Assembly: GCA_023131835.1 (NCBI GenBank)
Contig: JAGLZA010000033.1
Location: 1 to 62,349, forward strand
DNA: 62,349 bases
Source: a candidate division WOR-3 bacterium
GTDB taxonomy: Bacteria; Hydrothermota; UBA3072
Direction: 5' to 3'
Shown here piece by piece: positions 1-10,428 of this stretch. Position numbers and translations under genes: made by a program. The notes under the pieces are model-generated. The model was given only the letters and a program-made list of their open reading frames with translations, searched no databases and had not been told where the DNA came from. Within the stretch, counting starts at the first letter, position 1; each line of letters begins with the position of its first letter.

Positions 1-2036
1 GTTTGATCCAAATAATAATTTTCCTGACTCAAACCAAGATTTCGCAAAATGGTAGTATTAATATCAAGTACATTTTCAATTGTATCATTTATTGCCTTAC
101 CAGTTGTCCCTGATACAGTATGATTACTCATAGACTCGTCCCAAACATGATCTGCTATAAATTCATTCGTTAAGGCAGCATCAACATCCACTTGGCATCC
201 AGGACCAGACTCATCCTTTTCTAATTGGCCTGTGCCTAAAATTTGTATTTTACCCGCTATGCAGGAGGAAGCAATCGACACACTTCCAGATCTAAAGCTT
301 GCAATTGTTCTGTTGCCCCCTGTTTTGTTGGTAAGTTTTAAGTTACCACAATAACAAGTAATGCTTAAAGCTGAAGTGCCAATGTTGATTTCGGGTTCAT
401 TCGTAGGCTCTCCCCCACAATAACAGTCAATCATATTTGCCCATGATCCAACAGAAATCTCACAGCCTTCTGAGAAGGATACAAGATTTAGAATTCCTGT
501 AAAGTTTGCCAAGTTGCCAACCTGACATGATTCTATCAACATCATATCTCCAAGCGTAATGACGCCTGAAACACTCGCATATCTTATTGTTACTTTGTTG
601 GCAGAACACCCTTCTTGGAATATTATTTGGGTACCCATAATGCCATGAGTTGCAAAAGATATTTCATCAACATTATGCCCAGCCTCGACTGTTAGAGATG
701 TACGGGTCATTATTCTGAGCAGTCCTCTTTCAGCGCAAATAGCCAGAGCATCTGTAAGATTATTGACCGGCTGAGAACGAGTGCCTGTGGGAAAATCCGT
801 CCCAGCCACTCCGATATTGGCATCAATAACTACTTCTTTCCCGAACATTTGTGCTTGCTGCATTTTAGCTGCACCTGAAGTGTAGTTTGATAAATCTTTA
901 TTCCAAACACTATCTGCTATACACTCCTGAGATAAAAGACCATCATTAACAATAACAGTCCCGGTACTATTGTCTGTTAAATTCCCCACTCCTCTGGCTG
1001 TAATTTCTCCTGCTGTCACTGTAGCATCCAAAATAAGATAACCTGAAATTAAATCTATAGCAACCTTTTCATTCCCATTTTTATTTATTATCTTCACTCC
1101 ACCAGAATAAGCCCTCATTCCTAAAGCTCTTCCGCTCCCTCCCATATCTATCACAGGAGTAACACCTGATGAACCACTCCAACAGTTAAGAAAATCACAT
1201 CTTGTAGAACCTCCGAGAACAATTGTTCCTGCCTCTAACAAACATTCTTGTATATAACCTTCTACATATATGAGATTTCCAACCTTACAATTTTTAATAG
1301 TGTTGTTTCCATCTAACACTCCAATTATCTGTGCATCCGAAAATTCTGTTCCTGCCACAAGAGCAGCAGATTCAATAGTAATTAAAGACTTAATAGGACT
1401 TTCACCAAAAACAGAAAAATCATCTAGATCATCCCCTGTTGAAAATGTTATATCACCTATTATAAATATCTTATTAAGCCCTCTACCATTGGCTATAAGC
1501 ACAGCATCAGGGATATTGTTTACAGGCTGTTCAATTGTTCCAATAGGAAATTTTATGCCTGACACACCGTTAATAATATCTACTGTGATACCACCACCAA
1601 AAGATGCATACTGAATAGCTGTTAACTCTGATAAAGTAGCAGACGAAGATGATACTCTTTCTATTGATATATATGCGGTCGGATGTATTACATCAGTATA
1701 TACTCTCGGACTAGTATATATGTCTTCAACAGCTACAACATTTCCACCTTCAATACTACATAAAATCCAGTCGGGACCGCCTAAAGATTGAAATCCAATT
1801 TTAACATTATTAAGAGTTACAGTTAAACCTACTTTAACCGAACCATCTTCTGTTAAATACTCTTTACCTGACGATTCTAATAATATAGCATCATCCATAT
1901 TAGCAACAGAAGCAGATAAATGGGAACAAGTGTCAATTAAGTTCTGTACACTAATTGAGGTAGATACATTAGTATCTATCCAAATAATTCTCGGAGAAAC
2001 ATCGAAGTCTACCGATAAATAATTAACAATACTCAT
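1..2036 (-). CDS. Large virion structural protein, truncated by the window edge; contains an internally duplicated domain
   Basis: Missing from the ORF track because there is no stop in the window. Manual translation from ATG at 2036 (MSIVNYLSVDFDVSPRIIWID...) stays open to base 1. G/S/T/V-rich, beta-type composition. Lies downstream of the capsid genes. Confidence 0.8.
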   Translation of the reverse strand, partial: MSIVNYLSVDFDVSPRIIWIDTNVSTSISVQNLIDTCSHLSASVANMDDAILLESSGKEYLTEDGSVKVGLTVTLNNVKIGFQSLGGPDWILCSIEGGNVVAVEDIYTSPRVYTDVIHPTAYISIERVSSSSATLSELTAIQYASFGGGITVDIINGVSGIKFPIGTIEQPVNNIPDAVLIANGRGLNKIFIIGDITFSTGDDLDDFSVFGESPIKSLITIESAALVAGTEFSDAQIIGVLDGNNTIKNCKVGNLIYVEGYIQECLLEAGTIVLGGSTRCDFLNCWSGSSGVTPVIDMGGSGRALGMRAYSGGVKIINKNGNEKVAIDLISGYLILDATVTAGEITARGVGNLTDNSTGTVIVNDGLLSQECIADSVWNKDLSNYTSGAAKMQQAQMFGKEVVIDANIGVAGTDFPTGTRSQPVNNLTDALAICAERGLLRIMTRTSLTVEAGHNVDEISFATHGIMGTQIIFQEGCSANKVTIRYASVSGVITLGDMMLIESCQVGNLANFTGILNLVSFSEGCEISVGSWANMIDCYCGGEPTNEPEINIGTSALSITCYCGNLKLTNKTGGNRTIASFRSGSVSIASSCIAGKIQILGTGQLEKDESGPGCQVDVDAALTNEFIADHVWDESMSNHTVSGTTGKAINDTIENVLDINTTILRNLGLSQENYYLDQ

Positions 2037-2039
2037 AGA

Positions 2040-2201
2040 CTAATCCTCTCTCTTGCTATTATTTACCGCCTTATAATTAGAATTTATTTTCTCCATAAGT
2101 TCTTCTAGCTCACCTATAGTAAAAACACCTCTCAATTCAACCCATCCTTGCCCAGATAAAATCTCACCAATATACTTTTCATCCTTATTTTCTAAACCCA
2201 C
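2040..2201 (-). CDS. Small hypothetical protein (53 aa)
   Basis: GAGGAGG SD, GTG start, MGLENKDEKYIGEILSGQGWVELRG...; fills the gap between structural genes. Confidence 0.7.
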   Translation of the reverse strand: MGLENKDEKYIGEILSGQGWVELRGVFTIGELEELMEKINSNYKAVNNSKRED

Positions 2202-2237
2202 AATACCCTCCTCTAAATATACCTATTAGTTTTGCTC

Positions 2238-3632
2238 CTATGTTGCCTGAGGATCAGTGGCCAAAATCGGCGTAAACGTTAGACCAGTAGACCCAAATGA
2301 AGTATCGGCTGTATATTCTTTGAACCCATACTTTCTGACAACAGTTCTAACATCTATGTTAGCATCATAAATAATATTATCACTCAATTCTTGAGAAGTA
2401 TCCGCTAACACATCTAATAAAGGAACATATAAAGTTCCAGTCTCCGCTGATGGATTTGGAGAAACTGTTTGAAATGCACTACCACTAATAGTTGTATAAA
2501 TATAAGTAGTATCGCCAACTCTTAAACTACCTGATTGAGGTACTTTATTAATATCAATAGATCCACTAATGGTAATTGAGTTACTATCTGCAGAAGTAAT
2601 ATTATATTGGTCTTTAATAATATTACCAGCACTAATTTCTGCTACGAAAACTTGGCATCCTGAAAGTGTAGTATGATTAGCATTTACTTTTTGATAATTA
2701 GGTGGATTTTGAACATCACCATCTGAGTCTATTAATGAAAAATCAGAAGTTAAACAATTCTCAACCCAAATTCCTCTCGCACCGTAAATAGTTCCACCAG
2801 CAAATGTTCCAAATGGTGCTGTTTTGACATCTGTATAAGTTCCTTCCGACGCTGAACGATATTCTTGACCATCATCACTATTCAATTGAATAGTGGTTTC
2901 ACCATATCTACATACATATTTCAATCTTTCATAAACCTGTGCTACAGATCTTCCTGCCCCATTAACAATACAATCATAAGGCTGTAATCCATCTCCATTA
3001 TTTAAATCTTTTTGAGTTGCACCAAAAGTAATATTAACATCGCTATATCCTGCGACTGTTACTTCTGCTGTAACATTATCTAAATCACCTGATGTGTTGA
3101 TACCAACAGGGTTTCTACCACCACCGGACAAATCAACAAAGTTGTGGTCAAATTTATCACCCCATTCCCTCGCATATACCCAGATACCACCATTAGTAGC
3201 TACACCCGCAGTATTATCAGATTGAATCCAAGCACCGCCTGATTTAACTTGGACTAAAATATCAATATTTTCAGTACTCCACCAATTAGTTAATTCTGTA
3301 TCATTTTGAATGATATAAAGTTGGGTTCCTGATTCTTGTGCACCAATTGAATAAAGATTGGACCACAAATCATTTCCATCGGCACTTTCAACAGAACCGC
3401 CTTTTAAAAATTTTATATCATTAGCTGCTGAGCCAAAAGCCCAACTATTTACCCAGCGATACACTGTCGGGGTATCTGAAACAAAAGCATAATTGTCATC
3501 CATTTGTGCTTGAGCAGCAAAAGTGGAAGCCAAATGTTGAAAAAATGATAGGACTGTATAAATAGTAGCCCCCGAAGTGTGTGTTACCGTTTTTGCAGTA
3601 TAATTAATTGTAAAATCAGCTGCCAGACCCAT
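2238..3632 (-). CDS. Virion structural protein
   Basis: 464 aa, strong SD, acidic and T/S/G-rich. C-terminus VRKYGFKEY...DPQAT resembles that of the upstream neighbour. Confidence 0.7.
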   Translation of the reverse strand: MGLAADFTINYTAKTVTHTSGATIYTVLSFFQHLASTFAAQAQMDDNYAFVSDTPTVYRWVNSWAFGSAANDIKFLKGGSVESADGNDLWSNLYSIGAQESGTQLYIIQNDTELTNWWSTENIDILVQVKSGGAWIQSDNTAGVATNGGIWVYAREWGDKFDHNFVDLSGGGRNPVGINTSGDLDNVTAEVTVAGYSDVNITFGATQKDLNNGDGLQPYDCIVNGAGRSVAQVYERLKYVCRYGETTIQLNSDDGQEYRSASEGTYTDVKTAPFGTFAGGTIYGARGIWVENCLTSDFSLIDSDGDVQNPPNYQKVNANHTTLSGCQVFVAEISAGNIIKDQYNITSADSNSITISGSIDINKVPQSGSLRVGDTTYIYTTISGSAFQTVSPNPSAETGTLYVPLLDVLADTSQELSDNIIYDANIDVRTVVRKYGFKEYTADTSFGSTGLTFTPILATDPQAT

Positions 3633-3644
3633 ATTTTACCTCCT

Positions 3645-5207
3645 TTATGTTTGTTGAGGATCTACAACAAGAGTTATAGGAATACTAATGTTATTTGACC
3701 CAATGTCTATCAATTGTTTATATGCTTTATAACCATATTTTCTCACTCTCCAAATACTATCATTTACTGGATTACCTGTATATCCTGTAGTAGCAACACC
3801 GTCTCCATTTGTAGTAGTATTTAGAATATATGGACTTTCATCATTGTTGTCTATGTAGACATACGCCCCTACTATTGGTTGTGCCGACTCGTCTTTCACA
3901 GTCATGGTTAGTTGTATTGACGTAGAAAATAACATTACATCACCGGTCGGGTTATATGAGTTAGCATTTGAATTGTTTGATAACCCTATTGTTCCAGAAA
4001 CATTCGATGTATTATTTACATCATATTTACCTGCCACGTCATCAAATTGAAAATTATTAAAAGTTGGATTTGTACTATCGCTGCCGACTCCATATTCAAC
4101 ACTGTCCCAATTATTTGTAAATGTTAAATTAGATATGTTACTATCATCACTCGGAAACAACAAAGCCCCACCTGATGTTGTAGTATAATTACTTATAGTA
4201 TTATTTGAAAATGTTGATGTACTTGGGTCTATCTGTCTACAATTATTGAAGGAACAGTTTGTTATATTATCACCAGTTGCAAAATAAACAAAGTCAGCTT
4301 TAATGAATGTAGAAGCATCTAATGATAAGGTTATATCTGTATCATCACAATCTAAAACGAATCTTGTGGTATCAGTTGTTCCCGCTCCTTTCGCAACCAA
4401 ACCCGATATATCTGCATTTACACCTGTTCCTGATAATGTAAGTTTGTATAAACCATCACTAACTTGGCCTAATCCATCAGAATTTCTATCTCTATAAATA
4501 AGAACTTCATCAGTAGAATTAAATGTTGCTGTTGTAACACCATCTCCTATTTGAAGTTCTCCCTGACAAAATATAACACCATCAATGTTTTCTAACACAC
4601 CATATTTGTTTGAAGAGTTTTCATCAACAGCTGCTATATCTGTGATATCAAAATCTGTTCCTGTCGCTTTAAGACCAGTTCCAAATCTAACAACATCATT
4701 CCACTGATTATCAATAATACGGATATTTCCTGAATTTGATATATCTACAGACCAAGTAATAACATCAATATCAGATAAATCTAATGTTCCATTACTTGCA
4801 TAAACATCAGTAGTACTATTGACATCTATAATAAAACATCTCCATTCTCCGCCCCAAGTATCATTACCTGCAATTCTCCATTCTTTGTATGCAGCAACAC
4901 TATCTGTTAATCTTAAAGTATACCCAGGAGCATCCGCTACTTCTTGGAACGGTTCCATAAATGCAGCAACAGCATTCATAGCCCACCAATAAAGATGAAC
5001 ATCTGTTCCACTCATATCTAGATTAGTGGTAGGCGTAAATGTGCATGATGTTCTTGCACTTTTTGTTGCTTGCCATGTATAACTTCCATTACCTTGAATT
5101 TTTACTTCTGTATCAGCAGCACCTGAATTTCCTAACCAAGTTCCATTAGATGATGCTGTATCTGCATTTGATGCTAATGTTAATAATGCTGTGACCGTTG
5201 CTGCCAT
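3645..5207 (-). CDS. Virion structural protein with beta-helix-like centre and C-terminal Ig/prealbumin-like domain
   Basis: 520 aa. N/T/S-rich repeats (ITNCSFNNC, FSNNTISN, ISNLTFTNN). C-terminal TVKDESAQPIVGAYV...TTNGDG...VRKYGY is typical of carboxypeptidase-regulatory-like domains. Confidence 0.7.
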   Translation of the reverse strand: MAATVTALLTLASNADTASSNGTWLGNSGAADTEVKIQGNGSYTWQATKSARTSCTFTPTTNLDMSGTDVHLYWWAMNAVAAFMEPFQEVADAPGYTLRLTDSVAAYKEWRIAGNDTWGGEWRCFIIDVNSTTDVYASNGTLDLSDIDVITWSVDISNSGNIRIIDNQWNDVVRFGTGLKATGTDFDITDIAAVDENSSNKYGVLENIDGVIFCQGELQIGDGVTTATFNSTDEVLIYRDRNSDGLGQVSDGLYKLTLSGTGVNADISGLVAKGAGTTDTTRFVLDCDDTDITLSLDASTFIKADFVYFATGDNITNCSFNNCRQIDPSTSTFSNNTISNYTTTSGGALLFPSDDSNISNLTFTNNWDSVEYGVGSDSTNPTFNNFQFDDVAGKYDVNNTSNVSGTIGLSNNSNANSYNPTGDVMLFSTSIQLTMTVKDESAQPIVGAYVYIDNNDESPYILNTTTNGDGVATTGYTGNPVNDSIWRVRKYGYKAYKQLIDIGSNNISIPITLVVDPQQT

Positions 5208-5305
5208 TCTTGTACCACCTTAACATATAATATTACAACCGAATATTTTTATTAACATAAACTCTTTCATTGATATTAAAATTTTTTCTAAAATATATTT
5301 TTCAA

Positions 5306-5791
5306 TCAACGACCTAATTCTAAATCCTTAATTCTTTTCCTTAATATGTTACAAAGACTATCCTTACCAGCTAACTGATTAGCTTCTTGAAATGCATATT
5401 TCAATAACTTTAAATCAGTGATTTTTGGCAATATCTCTTGTCCTTTTCGATAAGATAACATGACAATATCTTGTACAGACATTTTATTCGGGGCTGGTAA
5501 CATTACATCTGCTTCAGCGGCCAATTGATTACTTTCACGCTGTATCTGTATTTCTGATACAACATCATCAATTGTTTCTTTTTGATCTTCTCCACATACT
5601 ATTTTCCATATTTTGGAATTTCTCAACTTTATATCTTTAAGCCATTCAATAAAAGCATCCCCTTCTTCAATACCATGCTTTTCACCATATTGATTATACA
5701 ATTCACTTAGGGATATTTTTTTGCCTGGGCCCACAGTTCTTTTCATTACATGCTTCCATCCTGTAGATGTGTTCATAATATATCCATTCAT
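5306..5791 (-). CDS. Hypothetical protein downstream of the capsid gene
   Basis: ORF track; start moved to ATG 5791, which follows an AAGGAG SD. Confidence 0.7.
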   Translation of the reverse strand: MNGYIMNTSTGWKHVMKRTVGPGKKISLSELYNQYGEKHGIEEGDAFIEWLKDIKLRNSKIWKIVCGEDQKETIDDVVSEIQIQRESNQLAAEADVMLPAPNKMSVQDIVMLSYRKGQEILPKITDLKLLKYAFQEANQLAGKDSLCNILRKRIKDLELGR

Positions 5792-5899
5792 AAATCTTCT
5801 CCTTTTCAATTTATTGATATTCATACCTTATCCTTGTTTATCTAATTTGTGTACCTTAAATATAATTTGTCAAAAAATAAATATATCTTTCGGTTCTTA

Positions 5900-5947
5900 A
5901 AACAAAAACGCCTCACACCTTCCGTATAAAAGAAAATGTAAGGCGTT
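5900..5947 (-). terminator. Intrinsic terminator after the major capsid gene
   Basis: On -: stem AACGCCTTACA / TGTGAGGCGTT followed by a T-rich tail. Confidence 0.6.
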
Positions 5948-5978
5948 AAATCATTTCATCATTATACTTATTTAAATA

Positions 5979-7052
5979 TTAAAGTGAACGATCAACCACT
6001 CCTAACCCCAACATTCGACTGTCCAAACAGGCAAATCCCAACTCAGCCCATCCAAAAAACCCTTGCTTCTGGACCCTTAACAAAGTCGGATCATCATGGG
6101 CCTCAAATTCTTTACGAATAGGCATTACAAGGGAATCATTAACAGTTAAATCAAAACCTAATACTTGCGTTTCACCTAACGTACCAATAGTACCATCAGC
6201 ATTTGTTACATTCGGATTTTCAAGAGTATACGCATTATACTCTTCAGTTACAGAATCGGCAATAAATTTACCATAAGCTGAAGTACTTCCGTTAATATTA
6301 TAAAGACCTGTCGCACCTAAATGTTGAATCTCATGTAAACTAACATTCCAAATACTTCCCATACCAGAAGCTTGAAAAATCTCGCGTCTAGTTATCGGAT
6401 CAATATCTGTATCCGTCCACTCTCTTATATCAGCGGCATCTTCTGGTGATACGTACAAATCTGTCAATGTACGTCCTATCCTTTTAAAACCAACCATCAT
6501 CTTGTTGATTAGTTCTTTAGAAAGATAGCCAGCACCAGTAGAAGATGGTGCAATTTCATAAATTGGAGCCGGTCTTGACCCCAGAAGTCCTTTACCGGTA
6601 AATGAAGAAGTAGCAGCAGGCAATATAACCCGCCAACCACACTCTTCCTCATAGTTGGCCAAATCCTTAGCAGCACGTGCGGCTGCCCTTTGTGCAATAT
6701 CAATACGAGAATCTCTCGCATAACTAATTTTCCAATCCGCAGAAGCATCGATGGTAAATGTAGGAATAAATACCTCTTCCCCAATACCCTCAATGAAATT
6801 CTGGGCTATATAACCAAGTCCAGGTAATACCCAAACAGGAATCTCGAAATCCTCTGCGACCGGATAAACAGCTTGAGCACCGGGGGCTAAACGCTCCACC
6901 GCAAACAATTTTCTCATAATCGATTCCAGTTCAATTTTCTGCAGGATTGGAGTTGTTAGCGCAGCAGCAAAAGCATGATACGCAGCTAAACCTTCAGGCG
7001 TATGTATTTTTGCTGTTTCTGCAAACAAGGATTCCATTTCTTTTCTTTCCAT
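5979..7052 (-). CDS. Major capsid protein (HK97-fold, inferred)
   Basis: About 357 aa from ATG 7052 (AGGAGGAG SD). Follows portal-protease-scaffold-decoration. C-terminal QGFFGWAELGFACLDSR is typical of capsid proteins. Terminator downstream. Confidence 0.8.
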   Translation of the reverse strand: MERKEMESLFAETAKIHTPEGLAAYHAFAAALTTPILQKIELESIMRKLFAVERLAPGAQAVYPVAEDFEIPVWVLPGLGYIAQNFIEGIGEEVFIPTFTIDASADWKISYARDSRIDIAQRAAARAAKDLANYEEECGWRVILPAATSSFTGKGLLGSRPAPIYEIAPSSTGAGYLSKELINKMMVGFKRIGRTLTDLYVSPEDAADIREWTDTDIDPITRREIFQASGMGSIWNVSLHEIQHLGATGLYNINGSTSAYGKFIADSVTEEYNAYTLENPNVTNADGTIGTLGETQVLGFDLTVNDSLVMPIRKEFEAHDDPTLLRVQKQGFFGWAELGFACLDSRMLGLGVVDRSL

Positions 7053-7184
7053 AATAACAACTCCTCCTAATATTAATAGTATTGGATGCACTACCATATA
7101 ATATAGACACTATCGTATATGTTATTACATATCTACTTATATATACATCTATAAAGTGCTTTAATCCAATTTTTGTATATTTTT

Positions 7185-7829
7185 TTATACCAAAAGCTTA
7201 ATTCTAATCGGATACAATGTCGTATTGTCTATATTAGCCTGACACTTAGCAATACTGGCACCTTTAACGACTTTAGCAACTTCAACAGTGGAGCACCCTT
7301 CACCATCATAATCCGTATCATCAGCAGAAGCACCGGTAAAATTAGTAACCTTACCCTGATCTGCGGCTGGATATAATGGAATTCCAGGAGCCATTTTAGT
7401 TAATACTGTACCATAACCATTAACATCTCCACCAGTACCTTCACATGTATAATGAACAGTATCCCAAATACCGAGATGTGCTACACCGGCTGGAGCTGCC
7501 TTAGTTCCAATAATTGCTCCAGCAGCACTATATTTCGGCTGAGCAATAACATCACTAGAACCTAAATCACCAGGCATATAATATCCAGAAGGATGTACTT
7601 GATGATAACCAGTTTTTACCTTCTGCATCAAAAACCCGAAAGGCTCAAAAGCAGGACTATTATAAGCCATCTTTTTTACAATAGCCTCTTCATTGACAGC
7701 ATTGGGATCCAAATACACAACAGTACCCGCATAAGCAATGACGCCTCCGATTCCAGCCGCCTCTGTATCAGTTTGTTCACCATAGCTGCAAAATTGATCT
7801 TCTACAACTGGATGTCTAGGAATAAACAT
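7185..7829 (-). CDS. Probable head decoration or auxiliary capsid protein
   Basis: 214 aa, G/A-rich, directly upstream of the major capsid gene. Confidence 0.55.
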   Translation of the reverse strand: MFIPRHPVVEDQFCSYGEQTDTEAAGIGGVIAYAGTVVYLDPNAVNEEAIVKKMAYNSPAFEPFGFLMQKVKTGYHQVHPSGYYMPGDLGSSDVIAQPKYSAAGAIIGTKAAPAGVAHLGIWDTVHYTCEGTGGDVNGYGTVLTKMAPGIPLYPAADQGKVTNFTGASADDTDYDGEGCSTVEVAKVVKGASIAKCQANIDNTTLYPIRIKLLV

Positions 7830-7854
7830 ATCCTTCTTCCTCCTTTAGTCATTA

Positions 7855-8643
7855 TTATTCTTTATCTTCTTTTTTCCATTTAGCAGCCAAAGCCTCACCG
7901 AGTTTAGCATATTTAGTCATAAGATCTTTATGAGGTATATATTCCATATTCAATGCTGCCATAGCAGATTGACCCAAAGGTATTTCAATAGGTGTTGTAT
8001 CTGTTTCTCCGATCTTCCCGGTGGAATCATCTTCTTTGCCCTCTTCAGAAGTATGACCTTCCTCTTTAATCTCCTCTTCAGTCTTTTTAGCCTGAAGCTC
8101 CTTGGCCTTTCTAGTCTCCTCAATCTCCTCTTCAGTTTCAATCTTTTTAGCCTGAAGCTCTTTGTTTGTTTTATCTAACTCAGCTTCAACAGCTGTTCTA
8201 ACATAAACCAACTCTTCTTTATAAGATGTAAATTCCTCATTTGACATCTCTTTAATCTTTGTAAACTGAAATTCTTTTTCGGCGCGGGCAACACCAGCGG
8301 CCTCTAATTCAGCCATCCTTTCATCAGCAACTTTAACTTTACGCATATCTTCAAGGACTTGTTCCTTCTCGTTCACCAAAGATTTCGAAGTTTCCAGATC
8401 CTTATGAGTTGCCTCTAACTCTCTTTCAAGGGTCTGAATACTGTCTTCGTTTTCCGACAGTTTGGTTTCTAACTCGGCTATTTCAACAACTTTATCTTCC
8501 AAAGTGGAAGTTAAATTAGAAATAGTTTCTGCAGACTTTCCAAGAGCCATTTCCGTCTTTTTACGGATTTCTGATTCTTCTTTTTCATTAAAGAGATCAT
8601 CAACCATCGCACGAACTTGCGTCCGTAATTCATCTTTTTCCAT
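7855..8643 (-). CDS. Probable scaffolding protein
   Basis: E/K-rich coiled coil in the head module, with an internal KELQAKK..EEEI repeat. Confidence 0.6.
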   Translation of the reverse strand: MEKDELRTQVRAMVDDLFNEKEESEIRKKTEMALGKSAETISNLTSTLEDKVVEIAELETKLSENEDSIQTLERELEATHKDLETSKSLVNEKEQVLEDMRKVKVADERMAELEAAGVARAEKEFQFTKIKEMSNEEFTSYKEELVYVRTAVEAELDKTNKELQAKKIETEEEIEETRKAKELQAKKTEEEIKEEGHTSEEGKEDDSTGKIGETDTTPIEIPLGQSAMAALNMEYIPHKDLMTKYAKLGEALAAKWKKEDKE

Positions 8644-8819
8644 ATGTTAAGTTTCCTCCTTGTAAATTTTTAATACCCTACAAGTAATTCTTTAACTTAA
8701 CCGACCTGAATCGTATTTATTATATTTTTAAATCAAAAAACTAAACCCTTGTCCTAGTAAAAATAAACCCAGTCACAAGTATTACTTATAACTCGTGGCT
8801 TAAAAATCTCGTCTAAATT

Positions 8820-9242
8820 TTACGGTAAACTCTGAGTTGCCCCAGTATTTCCTCTACAAGATAAACCTTCCGCCGTGAAATCTCCACCAAGCATCCACAT
8901 AACATCAAAATCTACACCATTTGATTCTGTAGCAGTTGACTTAATCTTAATAATATTATTCGTGGTATCTTTATCCACATGAAAATTATTACTAGAAGTA
9001 ATTAATGGGGTAATCACAACAGTAGCATAACTAGCTAAATCATACCCATGCCACTTAATTCCACTGGCTATTACAACTTCATCCGACCCACTAATTGTAG
9101 CTTCAGTAGCCCACACAAATGGATATGCATGATTGTTTCCCAAATTACGATAAATAACTTTTACATTATCATCACCGTTAATTCTCGTAAGTTTGGGGGT
9201 ACTTTTAAGTGTGCCCACTTGGGCTTGACCTAATTGTGACAT
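8820..9242 (-). CDS. Head-module protein of unknown function
   Basis: 140 aa, beta-rich, GGAGG SD. Confidence 0.6.
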   Translation of the reverse strand: MSQLGQAQVGTLKSTPKLTRINGDDNVKVIYRNLGNNHAYPFVWATEATISGSDEVVIASGIKWHGYDLASYATVVITPLITSSNNFHVDKDTTNNIIKIKSTATESNGVDFDVMWMLGGDFTAEGLSCRGNTGATQSLP

Positions 9243-9245
9243 ATC

Positions 9246-10376
9246 TTATTCCTCCTTTCGTGATTTAGATTTTACTGCCTCACTTAAAGCAGCTTGTAAA
9301 TCGTATAACAACGCCTTACGTCTGTCCTTATCCTCATACACTAGTTTCTTAAACCTTCTTTCTATCTCCGATTTAGCAAACTGTAAAACTTCTCTATTTT
9401 TCAAACAGTTCACATCAGTAGTATCTCTAGAAAAAGATGTACAAGGTTTTTCATATAAAGCACACCAATCCTTTGCTACAATATTTTCATCTTTATCATA
9501 CACCCTTCTCTTGTAGCTTACACATATTCCAACTGTATCATCTAACGCACCGTCCCTTGCCTTTTCAATACCTGAAACAACACCCTCTATTGTATCAGAG
9601 GTTACATTATTATCAACGGTCTGTAATTCATCATAATTAAGAACTATAATATTATCATTGCCCTTTGTATCTTTAGTATTAGCTGTTTCTAATACTATCG
9701 ACGCTGGGTTTGCAGGGTTTTTAACAAATCCACAACCAGAAAAACAAATACCACGTAAGACTCTAACGATTGCACCAGAAGCAATTTCCACCCCATTTTT
9801 GATAACTTTTGTCATAGTTCCTAAAATTTTAGAATCAGTAGCAGCTAGCCCCAACATTTCTGCCTCTTTCTTATCCAGGATTAATTCTCCTACTTTGACA
9901 TCATAATCTTCATAATAACATTCCATACTCACTTTCCATTTCTTTTCAGAAACTTCTTTGACAAAATTTGGGAATCTATTTTTATACAACACACATGCTA
10001 TAGCTATATGCATTTTTTGGGAATCCTGGGTAGCTTTTTCTTTCGATGCTAATTCTTTTAAATCCAATTTATTACCCGCCTGATCCATAAATTCTCTCTT
10101 GTAAATATGACCCACAACGCTACTTTCATTATGTTCCACATCCATTGCCTTATTAGTTATTGTACCTTCTGCAGTTATAAGTTCTGAACCCATAAAATAA
10201 GCATGATTTAAATTTTCCCCAGACGAAACAAATACAGCAGAACAATAAAGCAGGTCAGGTTGTTTATCAGCTTCACTTGGCAACTCTATAATCTTAGAAG
10301 CCTGTTCCTTTAATTCAGGGGTTTCCTCCTCTAATTTAATATCAGCCTCTAAATATATTTTATTATTTGTATTCAC
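9246..10376 (-). CDS. Probable prohead (maturation) protease
   Basis: Sits between portal and scaffold. DVEH...VVGH, VSMEC and FSGCGFVKNPANP fit the His/Ser pattern of HK97/herpes-type head proteases. Confidence 0.6.
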   Translation of the reverse strand: MNTNNKIYLEADIKLEEETPELKEQASKIIELPSEADKQPDLLYCSAVFVSSGENLNHAYFMGSELITAEGTITNKAMDVEHNESSVVGHIYKREFMDQAGNKLDLKELASKEKATQDSQKMHIAIACVLYKNRFPNFVKEVSEKKWKVSMECYYEDYDVKVGELILDKKEAEMLGLAATDSKILGTMTKVIKNGVEIASGAIVRVLRGICFSGCGFVKNPANPASIVLETANTKDTKGNDNIIVLNYDELQTVDNNVTSDTIEGVVSGIEKARDGALDDTVGICVSYKRRVYDKDENIVAKDWCALYEKPCTSFSRDTTDVNCLKNREVLQFAKSEIERRFKKLVYEDKDRRKALLYDLQAALSEAVKSKSRKEE

Positions 10377-10428
10377 CTTACATTACCCCCTTAACCGATA
10401 ATATCATTTTTTTACATCTTTCTATTAT

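Noticed and set aside
8061-8160. Tandem repeat in the scaffold gene
   Set aside because: An in-frame low-complexity duplication, ordinary for scaffolding proteins.
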